A stretch of 63,661 bases of DNA, counting the filler, from Octopus bimaculoides (Eukaryota), in NCBI RefSeq assembly GCF_001194135.2. It is 6 parts of 5 records of this genome, joined end to end, with 100 filler letters (N's around TTAATTAATTAA, not from the genome) between each part and the next. Parts side by side here need not be neighbours in the genome. Positions count along the whole stretch, not along the records: positions 23,179 to 32,455 come from NC_068984.1; positions 32,556 to 53,839 come from NC_068982.1; 4 more parts are not named here. One strand, given 5' to 3'. Each line of letters begins with the position of its first letter. Position 1 is the stretch's first letter. The position numbers were made by a program, and so were the translations under genes. Below, in pieces: positions 25,007-34,801 of the stretch. Under the pieces are notes generated by a model that was not told the DNA's origin, searched no databases, and saw only the letters and a program-made list of their open reading frames with translations.

Positions 25007-25825
25007 ATGGATTTTCCAGCTGTTGCTAGAAGATTAAACTCTGTACATGAAATGGAAAGACGGCAAAAGAAAGTCCGTAATTATTTTGGAGAAGGTCACC
25101 ATAGTTTTCAGGCTAGAGATCGTAAGGCTGTGGTTAATTGGATGATAGCATGCGTAGATTTTTACAACGGTGTTCTGGAAGTTCTCCACCTATCAGTTGC
25201 ATTATTTGACTTATTCCTGTCTTCTAGAAACTCACCACCGATTTCAAGCGAAAAACTGCAAGGTGTTGGAGCAGCATGTCTTAAAGTCGCTTATGACACG
25301 ATGCTTCTTTGTACAACAGATGAGGGTTTGAATATTGTTCATATGACTGCTGCAATCGACCCAGCGTTTTCTTCAGAGGAACTTTTTAGCTTGCACAATT
25401 CGGTTTCTGAATGTTTTCATGGTAGGACGTTTTTTATAACTCCCTATGTCTTCATTTCGTATTACCAGATTATTCTCAAAGTAAAACCTCGTCACGATTT
25501 GTTTCATTTGATGAACTATATAGTGGAACTAGTGCTATATGATGACTTTCTCTGCGTAAGAAATTACTTTAGACCAAGTCTTATAGCGGCAGCTACTCTT
25601 TATACGGGGATAACTGTATTTAACTTCCGTAACGCATGGTTTCAGGACTTGTCAGATCTGACAGGGTATACTGGAGAAGAGGAAGACTTGCGAATTGTTC
25701 ATGAACGCATGAAAGTGTTATTAGCATCAGCTTCCTCTGAACAAAGGAAACATTCAACACAGTCAAGATACAGCACTTCAAGGAACCACAAAGTGAGCAC
25801 TATTGATTATTCAACCATTTATTAA
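25007..25825 (+). CDS. Intronless divergent cyclin A-like protein (272 aa; N- and C-terminal cyclin folds only)
   Basis: Uninterrupted ORF with accATGG start context and an in-frame TAA at 24986-24988. Manual alignment to cyclin A2 recalled from memory: DRKAVVNW~MRAILVDW, EVLHLSVALFDLFLS~ETLHLAVNYIDRFLS, KLQGVG~KLQLVG, FRPSLIAAA~YLPSVIAGA, W..L...TGYT, QSRYSTSRNHKVS~REKYKNSKYHGVS. A possible acceptor (tttaatttcgcAG, 24995-24996) lies 10 nt upstream of the ATG. Confidence 0.85.
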   Translation: MDFPAVARRLNSVHEMERRQKKVRNYFGEGHHSFQARDRKAVVNWMIACVDFYNGVLEVLHLSVALFDLFLSSRNSPPISSEKLQGVGAACLKVAYDTMLLCTTDEGLNIVHMTAAIDPAFSSEELFSLHNSVSECFHGRTFFITPYVFISYYQIILKVKPRHDLFHLMNYIVELVLYDDFLCVRNYFRPSLIAAATLYTGITVFNFRNAWFQDLSDLTGYTGEEEDLRIVHERMKVLLASASSEQRKHSTQSRYSTSRNHKVSTIDYSTIY

Positions 25826-27349
25826 AAGTTTAAAACCTTTGTGGTCTTTTTCTCTTAGGCTTTCACTTTTCAATTCCTTCAATTTTGTTACAGTTGATTT
25901 CAAATTTAGTGTATTGATGAAGTCATGCATGCTAATTAAGGAAATGAAATTCATTTTTGCCATAAACTAATAACAAATTTATTAGCTTTTTAAAATTTGC
26001 CTATTTTGGGCAATTTTAGCCAGTCGTAAGCCACAGACATATTGCTGCCTGTTTCCATAGTTAACAAGCCAAGCTGTTATCTGCTTAAAACTATTACAAC
26101 CACAATGTACCGATATTCTGAACTTTCGTTTTTGAATTTTCCATTCAAAAAATGTATTAATTGTTTACATGAGCTGAACAATATTATTACAATTTATTAC
26201 AGTATTTATTACAATTTATTCGCAAACAAACGTCATTGAGGAATTTTTCTATTTAAATTGTTTGCCTGCCAGTTCGAACGTTTGTTTTGCATTCTTTTGT
26301 TAGACAGAAAAACTAATGGGTCTTTTCTGTTTCTGTGACAGTGTTTGAAATTTAAAATCTTCAAATTTGGTATGTTGNNNNNNNNNNNNNNNNNNNNNNN
26401 NNNNNNNNNNNNNNNNNNNNNNNNNNNNNNNNNNNNNNNNNNNNNNNNNNNNNNNNNNNNNNNNNNNNNNNNNNNNNNNNNNNNNNNNNNNNNNNNNNNN
26501 NNNNNNNNNNNNNNNNNNNNNNNNNNNNNNNNNNNNNNNNNNNNNNNNNNNNNNNNNNNNNNNNNNNNNNNNNNNNNNNNNNNNNNNNNNNNNNNNNNNN
26601 NNNNNNNNNNNNNNNNNNNNNNNNNNNNNNNNNNNNNNNNNNNNNNNNNNNNNNNNNNNNNNNNNNNNNNNNNNNNNNNNNNNNNNNNNNNNNNNNNNNN
26701 NNNNNNNNNNNNNNNNNNNNNNNNNNNNNNNNNNNNNNNNNNNNNNNNNNNNNNNNNNNNNNNNNNNNNNNNNNNNNNNNNNNNNNNNNNNNNNNNNNNN
26801 NNNNNNNNNNNNNNNNNNNNNNNNNNNNNNNNNNNNNNNNNNNNNNNNNNNNNNNNNNNNNNNNNNNNNNNNNNNNNNNNNNNNNNNNNNNNNNNNNNNN
26901 NNNNNNNNNNNNNNNNNNNNNNNNNNNNNNNNNNNNNNNNNNNNNNNNNNNNNNNNNNNNNNNNNNNNNNNNNNNNNNNNNNNNNNNNNNNNNNNNNNNN
27001 NNNNNNNNNNNNNNNNNNNNNNNNNNNNNNNNNNNNNNNNNNNNNNNNNNNNNNNNNNNNNNNNNNNNNNNNNNNNNNNNNNNNNNNNNNNNNNNNNNNN
27101 NNNNNNNNNNNNNNNNNNNNNNNNNNNNNNNNNNNNNNNNNNNNNNNNNNNNNNNNNNNNNNNNNNNNNNNNNNNNNNNNNNNNNNNNNNNNNNNNNNNN
27201 NNNNNNNNNNNNNNNNNNNNNNNNNNNNNNNNNNNNNNNNNNNNNNNNNNNNNNNNNNNNNNNNNNNNNNNNNNNNNNNNNNNNNNNNNNNNNNNNNNNN
27301 NNNNNNNNATATATATATATATATATATATATATAGGTGAAGATAAGTT

Positions 27350-28190
27350 AGAGGTAAGAACAACCGTCTAAGGGATAACTTGTATCCTATGAATCCACTG
27401 GTGTATTAACTATATTTAATCATGAGCATTGGTGTTAATGCTAATAAATGATAGGTAATGACAAACATAAGCTAGAGTTTATCAATATTCGAAGGAAAAC
27501 AGAATATGGAGATATAATTAATGTATAATAATTGATTTACATCAATTATTTATTAATTAGTTCTAGAAAGGCAGAATCTCGACTTACAGCTGTTTCAGTT
27601 ATCGTGATTATCAGTTCTAGCCGCCACAACAATAGTAATGATAGTTATCATTGTCGGTAATTGGTTATATCAAATTGAATCACAAAACATCATCAGAGCG
27701 GAAAATAAAGAAAATATAAGTGAAAAGGAGAAGAAGAAAAAAAAGAAAGTGAGAACGGTAAAAATCAATTGGTGCTACATGCTGACCCACTGTGAAATTT
27801 TAGACCGACTGGAAATTAGAAAAAGTATAAAGGGTAGTTATAAGACTAAGTGGTACATTCTTATATACGGTGGGGGTGCGGGGAGGCGTAGGATAGATAT
27901 ATAAAATGAGCATTTCAGTAGAGTCGAAAAATAAAGTGAAAAAGTAAGAAAAATACTTAGAAATACCGGTAGTTAAACAACTAAATAACAATTGACTATA
28001 ATTTACTATAATTGATCTCGTAAGTATTACACTAAATATTATAAGTAGGCAGTATACCTGAAACTACCCCTCGTCTGGAGTAGGATTGGGCCGGACAATA
28101 GGAGGATACAATTGGTCAGTTAATTTTCAAAAATAAAAGACTGGCCATAAGGAAACCGTTACTTACTGTAGTAAGAATGTAAACAATGCA
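27350..28190 (-). mobile_element. Probable Penelope pLTR-like remnant with a degenerate hammerhead (27582-27615)
   Basis: Minus strand CTGATAA...TGAAACAGCTGTAAG carries the same GAAACAGCTGTAAG signature as 31252-31265. Strand-biased low-complexity composition resembles 30600-31330 in reverse. Confidence 0.35.
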
Positions 28191-28204
28191 TAAATGTTTT
28201 CCTT

Positions 28205-28208
28205 TATG

Positions 28209-28283
<75 letters not shown>

Positions 28284-28300
28284 GTCTGTCTAACTATCTG

Positions 28301-28391
<91 letters not shown>

Positions 28392-28428
28392 GTCTGTCTA
28401 ACTATCTGTCTGTCTATCTATCTATCTT
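28205..28428. repeat. (TATC)n/(TGTC)n compound microsatellite with a higher-order duplication
   Basis: The block tatctatc-tgtctg-taactatctgtc occurs twice. Confidence 0.9.
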
Positions 28429-28983
28429 ATTATATATTTGTAAAGTCCGTCTCTTGCTTNNNNNNNNNNNNNNNNNNNNNNNNNNNNNNNNNNNNNNNNN
28501 NNNNNNNNNNNNNNNNNNNNNNNNNNNNNNNNNNNNNNNNNNNNNNNNNNNNNNNNNNNNNNNNNNNNNNNNNNNNNNNNNNNNNNNNNNNNNNNNNNNN
28601 NNNNNNNNNNNNNNNNNNNNNNNNNNNNNNNNNNNNNNNNNNNNNNNNNNNNNNNNNNNNNNNNNNNNNNNNNNNNNNNNNNNNNNNNNNNNNNNNNNNN
28701 NNNNNNNNNNNNNNNNNNNNNNNNNNNNNNNNNNNNNNNNNNNNNNNNNNNNNNNNNGATACATCTTGTAACCAGAAACACATCTACACCGTCGGATCCT
28801 ACAAAACCAGTTGTTTAGTACCCCACCCGTGAGGAATCATTGCTATATAAGTCAAAATAATTGTAGTTATTAATAAACATTCTCGTATCTTCCCTCTTTC
28901 GTCTCTCTCATTATTCAAGTAAATATATCTATATATACATATAGATATATTTACATATACATATAGATAATGTATGTATGTAT

Positions 28984-29091
28984 GATTGTTTAGTTTTATT
29001 TCAAGATTTCTTGGCAATAGAGAAAGAGCCGGTTTCTAATCTAGATCCAAGGTTGCTTCATTGGAATTTCAACACCAACAAGGTATTTTTG
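28984..29091 (-). mobile_element. Family D, copy 2
   Basis: Reverse-complement match to copy 1. (TATG)n on both sides. Confidence 0.7.
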
Positions 29092-29197
29092 TATGATGTA
29101 TGTATGTATGTATGTATGCATGCATGTATGTATGTATGTATGTATATTTGCAGAAATGCATATGCATGTGTATTTACATACATCTATTGATAAATAC

Positions 29198-29230
<33 letters not shown>

Positions 29231-29249
29231 TGTATGTATGCATGTATGT

Positions 29250-29425
29250 ACGTATGTATTTGTGTGTTTACGTACTCGTAAGTTAATGGTTCGGCAAAAG
29301 AACCGATAATATAACTACTAGGCTTACAAAGAATAAGTGCAGGGGTCAATTTGTCCGACTAAAGGCGGTGCTCCAGTATGACCGCAGTCAAATGACTGAA
29401 ACTAGTAAAAGAATAAAAGAATAAA
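29250..29425 (+). mobile_element. SINE family 2, 3' half
   Basis: ggttcggcaaaagaaccgata...aaaggcggtgctccagtatgaccgcagtcaaatgactgaaactagtaaaagaataaaaga. Confidence 0.8.
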
Positions 29426-29439
29426 TGAATATATATATG

Positions 29440-31330
29440 TATAGTGTTACGGGTCGGAGGGTGTGTGAATACTATACCTTTATTTACAATGTTTTCGATC
29501 GTAAGTTATAACAAATATTATTACTTCTTAATTAAAAGCTATAATGATAATCTCGTTACTTATAACTTAATTATAAGGATTTCTCACTAAGCATAACTCT
29601 TAGTTTAGGCTGCGTAAATGTTATGATGTATACATACCAAGACACTGAACGTGCGTTCATACGTACATGTATGTTGAAGATATAGATTCATAATTTTTTT
29701 ACTGTTACACATAAAAAAATACAGTTTCATTAATATACAGAAATAAATTCAACAAGTTGAAAGAAACGAGAAGTAAAAGGAATTAAATTTCTGCATTAAT
29801 TTATTATGTACATTTTTTGGCATTTATAGAACAGATAGAAATAAAGTCATTTTATTGTAGAGAATTACGACTTAAATTTTATACTAACTAACACGGCCAT
29901 AATAAATCCCAGCACACTAGTATACCCAGTAATAATACTACCATATCCTATAATAATAACAATGGAGGGAATAATAACTATAACTAATAATTCCATTGAT
30001 CTAGATTCTTCTACATCTTAACATAACATATCCTCCAACAATGTTGCCTCATCCACCACAGAACACAACCCCCAACTCTCATCTACTTGTAACTATCGCC
30101 CCGGGACAATCTGCCCGCTACAAACGCATTGCGTAAGATATAACGTAATATATAAATGCACTGTAACCAATCTGCTATATAACTCTACAGCTGCATACAT
30201 AGGTTCAACTAAACTCTTCAAGCAACGCTATGCAGCCCACCTGCACTCTTTTAGATATGACAAACACAGTAAATCTACAACACTAGCCAACCACATTCAC
30301 CACCTCAAAAACACAAATACCTAGTATACTTTAAAATGGTCCATTCTGGACTCTGGAATTCCATACCAGGGCCAGCGCTCTAATTGCAAGTTTTGCTTAA
30401 AGGAGGCGTTCCATATTTTAAAATACAATTCTCCCTCTCTACTTCATCGATATAATGAAGCACTTAGCACCTGCAATCACCGTTTTTTCCATACCTTCAA
30501 ATTCTATCACAGACACAAATGCACAAATAACCACACAACATACCCACACAACTCCATATAGGTAACCTACTCGAGGTAGCAAACTGGTCCCCCTTCTACC
30601 TTCTTTAATAGAGGTTTAACTCTATTTTCAGAATGTATCACTACTAACTCTATTTTCTTATTTTCCCGTTAATACTGTTCTTAGAAAGCCTACTACACCC
30701 TCACCACCTACAGGTTCCTTCATAGACCGACACTATACACAATATAAATACCTCTCCACATTACCTCCCCACATTCCTTCTCTCTACATTTCTTTACTAA
30801 ACTTATGCTTCCACCCCTACATTCTTCCTTTGCTCCCTCTACTTCTTCTTTCCTTCTTGTCAGAATAACTGACCGTAAGACTGCTTACTACTATCTACCA
30901 TATTTCTTACTTCTTCCCCCCTTCCTTCCTGTCTTAAGGCTTGACCTCTTAACCCTACACACATCTCTCACTTGATTCGGGCTATCCTTTGAGTAAACAA
31001 CGCACAGAGTACTCCGGATACGATATGATATATATCCACCTTTGCTACTACAATTATCTCCGGAAAATACCCGCAAGGATTCTTTACATGGATGTTTACT
31101 GCTGGAATGGGGCTACACTCCAAGTACTGTTTCTTCTTTGTTCTTTTTTCTGCGCATCGCTCTCACTTCTTACTGCAAATCTCCTCTTATAGATGTAATA
31201 ATCCATTCTACTATTACTGTCTCCGATGAAGGGATACGTTGGACTTTCCCTGAAACAGCTGTAAGACTTTATCCATAAAATATAATTCTAACTTTGCTAT
31301 TGGTCTCTTTATCCTTTTCTTTCTTTATAC
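29440..31330 (+). mobile_element. Penelope-like element remnant: GIY-YIG endonuclease plus pLTR-like 3' region
   Basis: 30088-30605 reads CNYRPGTICPLQTHC...NVIYKCTV...AYIGST.KLFKQRYAAHLHSF...TTLANHIHHLK..*YTLKWSIL...CKFCLKE...EALSTCNH, with one TAG at 30322. This is the PLE-type GIY-YIG layout. A same-strand hammerhead lies at 31219-31267. No RT motifs recognised and outer limits are uncertain. Confidence 0.8.
31219..31267 (+). ncRNA. Minimal type I hammerhead ribozyme in a Penelope pLTR
   Basis: GTCT-CCGATGA-AGGGA[12 nt]TCCCT-GAA-AC-AGCT-GT-A-AGAC. Stem I is GTCT/AGAC, stem II is AGGGA/TCCCT, stem III is the palindrome ACAGCTGT. Predicted GUA cleavage after 31263. Confidence 0.75.
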
Positions 31331-32293
31331 ATACACACACAAATACACGACCTATGTTATATTCCCCACTCATATTGCTGCAACGACAGGGGCATAACTA
31401 GTCGGTATACAGCACTTACTCGGTATTACCTGTATCTTTCGGGCTTGGTTGACTCCAATACCCTTCATAAGCATATATATACATATATGTATATATGCAT
31501 ATATATATATATATATATATATATANNNNNNNNNNNNNNNNNNNNNNNNNNNNNNNNNNNNNNNNNNNNNNNNNNNNNNNNNNNNNNNNNNNNNNNNNNN
31601 NNNNNNNNNNNNNNNNNNNNNNNNNNNNNNNNNNNNNNNNNNNNNNNNNNNNNNNNNNNNNNNNNNNNNNNNNNNNNNNNNNNNNNNNNNNNNNNNNNNN
31701 NNNNNNNNNNNNNNNNNNNNNNNNNNNNNNNNNNNNNNNNNATAAATTAACTACCAACAAAAATTAGTAGTAAACTTAAAAAATCATCACCAAAATAGCA
31801 GAAAAAACGACAGTGAAGGTATGTATACTCTTCAAGAATCGATCCTTTTGGTTATGTTAATAATAATAAAGGAGTTACGACGCAAAAATGTATATATTCA
31901 AATGAACATATTTATCTTCTTCAATATATATTTCAGTATAAAGAATTCATTAAGAGACTAAATAAATAAAAGATTTCTTTACACATCTTCAGGAATAAAT
32001 ATAACACCAGAAAACTACATTCGGTTTAATAATACAAACCGTTCATGGCGAAAAAATGCACAATTACAAAAACCGAACAAAATCTTTAAAGTTTTTTCAA
32101 AAAGAACGCTATTATCTACATGCACGCATCCGCGTGTGCGCCCGTACACACACGCACACACGCACACGCTCACATGCATATGCATGCATACACAAACAAG
32201 CAAAATTCACAAGCCATAAACACATACACACATACTCATATACACACACACATACACACACTTATACACACACATACACACACACATACATCC

Positions 32294-32324
<31 letters not shown>

Positions 32325-32409
32325 AATATATTAAAAAAAATTTTTAATATATTATAAAATTATATATACATATACACACACAAAAAACATACTTACATAT
32401 ATACATATA

Positions 32410-32455
<46 letters not shown>

Positions 32456-32702
32456 NNNNNNNNNNNNNNNNNNNNNNNNNNNNNNNNNNNNNNNNNNNNT
32501 TAATTAATTAANNNNNNNNNNNNNNNNNNNNNNNNNNNNNNNNNNNNNNNNNNNNCTCACTTATAAGTACATAAAACATGTGGTTTTGTAACTAAAGAAT
32601 CTTTGGTTCCTATTTCTTGTAATGCTGGCGAATTATTTTCTTTTTGGTTTTCAATAGCGTGTAACCACCAACACTGTTATTATTATTATTATTATTATTA
32701 TT

Positions 32703-32918
32703 GTTCAGTAGTTTTATTTTTATAACGTGCTTTCACTTCACTACCGAGCGCAGCTCTGTGCGCCTTGGGTATGTGCTGTGGTTTGCTGTGGTGCTCTTAT
32801 GTTTACTCTATTGAAAGTGTTTTGCGTAGAATGTGTGCAGTACCTAGTAGTACAATTTTCTGTATCTTATATATATTTGTAAGTCCTGGTGTTTTTGTTA
32901 TGTATTTGTCTGAATATT
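32703..32918 (-). mobile_element. R4/Dong-like RLE retrotransposon family A, 3' end in (TAA)n
   Basis: Minus strand reads KYSDKYITKTPGLTNIYKIQKIVLLGTAHILRKTLSIE*, then a ~100-bp UTR and (AAT)n. TAA repeats lie on both sides. Confidence 0.8.
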
Positions 32919-32930
32919 TTTATTATTATT

Positions 32931-33033
32931 ATTTTATGTTTGACTTTTGTTTTGCATTTGTACAAGTTGGATCCAAGTCTAACCCAGAGACCTCAAGAGA
33001 CAACAAGTTAGAAGTTCATGTAGGTGTTATGCC

Positions 33034-33034
<1 letters not shown>
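32931..33034 (-). mobile_element. R4/Dong-like family B, 3' UTR only
   Basis: Matches 50263-50368 (ttttatgtttgacttttg...ggatccaagtc...gtgttatgcct). Sits between TAT repeats. Confidence 0.8.
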
Positions 33035-33094
<60 letters not shown>

Positions 33095-33225
33095 GTTAAG
33101 TAGTTTTATTTTTATAACGTGCTTTCACTTCACTACCGAGCGCAGCTCTGTGGGCCTTTGGTATGTGCTGTGGTTTGCTGCTGTGGTGCTCTTATGGTTA
33201 CTGTATTGAAAGTGTTTTGCGTAGG

Positions 33226-33226
<1 letters not shown>
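33095..33226 (-). mobile_element. R4/Dong-like family A, second and more truncated copy
   Basis: LRKTLSIQ* plus a UTR near-identical to the 32.7-kb copy. Flanked by (TAT)n on both sides. Confidence 0.8.
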
Positions 33227-33279
<53 letters not shown>

Positions 33280-33280
33280 G

Positions 33281-34470
33281 TATATTTTTATTCTTAATTC
33301 TTTTAACGGTTCCTGCTTAAAGCTGTGCCTATGCTAGAGCACCGCCATTTTGCAGCACTGTTATTATAGAGAGCCTCTTCCGATATGTGACATTTGTTGA
33401 ATAAGGGAGTTTGATGTTGCTGCCTTCATTTGCGCTTTCTGCCACGAGATAGGCTCGTGTGAGACTCTCGACAGGAAGAGATCCAGTATTGTTTTGAAAA
33501 CTCCTACATCAATGCCAAAATTTAGCGCAATCCCTTCCAGTTTCTTCCAGATATTTATTACTACATATCGCTTCCGCTTTCTTTCCAGGGAGTAGAGTCT
33601 TAGTTGTTTGAGCCTTTGCCTGCAGCTGAGTTGTTGCAATGTTATGATCTTTCTGTAGCCTCACTGGATTGTTTCAAAGACCGCTGTTAGTTTTAAACTC
33701 TTGGGTAACCATAGTTGGGAACAGTAGTCATGGCGGCTGAGGACGAATGTCCTGTAGATGACAATCATAGTTTCCTTCTTTCTGATTCTGATGTTTCTTA
33801 GAATCAAGACAGCCAGCCTTCTGCATTTTGTGACCATTTTGGTAATCTGCACTTTGAAAGATGTATCATCACTCTTGTCAATACCCAGGTGACACACTGA
33901 TTTACGTTCTGGGATTGTAATTCTCACCCCCGGGCCAGAGTACTCTGTAAGTTTTTCAGTCAATTTTGACTGCTGATATCACAGGGTTTGGACTTTTCCA
34001 GCATTTAACTGCATATTATTGTCCTCAGCCCATCTCTAATCTGCGTGCATTTCCCGCTGCAGGCGTGCAACTTCGCTAGTGTTTCGTATTTTCTACGAGA
34101 CTTTCGTATCGTCTGCGTCGCTGTCAAGGATGGCTATCAGGGCATTTGAGAGCATAGCTGAGAGGGCCACTATGAAAAGCAGTGGTCTCAAGACAGTGCC
34201 CTGTGGAACACCACTCACTATTTGTATTTCCTTTCAGGTGACTCCACTGCCCACCACTGCCTATTTCTATCTTCTTTATAATAGATTTCTTTCAGTTTTT
34301 CATCTACCAATCCATTTACAAGTTTTTGTTGGGCTCGATACGATTGCCCCAGGTACCATGCAGTAGGACTACGTCCCAAACCATGTCTGCATCGATGTTT
34401 AATCTTCATAATATATTTTAATAAAGACAGGGATTTGGTAAATTCCTTAATACGTCTTAGCGACATTTCT
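33281..34470 (-). mobile_element. CR1-clade LINE, 3' part (RT C-terminal half plus 3' UTR), ending in (AAT)n
   Basis: Broken frames give SGVPQGTVLRPLLF, DADDTKVS, RWAEDNNMQLNAGK, YRTFVLSRHDYCSQLW, QRLKQLRLYSLERKRKRY and IWKKLEG. Confidence 0.9.
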
Positions 34471-34757
34471 TCCGTCTTGAAGTTTCGAGCTCAAGTACTC
34501 TCAGGTCAGTGTGCCTTTCCTTTTTTTTCGGGGCCATTTGTAGACTGGGGTTGATATAATTGACTAGTCTCCTTCACACATATTTCAGGCCTTATCAGTG
34601 CTATTACTTTTATATTCAGTTTATTGTTACCTGCACTTCCAAGCAACGATAAATAACGTCTCCCGATATTATGTGGCTTGCGATGGAATGGTGCTGAACT
34701 CATTTGTAGCAAATATTAAATTTGTGCTTCATTAATTATTTGTATTCTTCTTTGATT

Positions 34758-34801
<44 letters not shown>

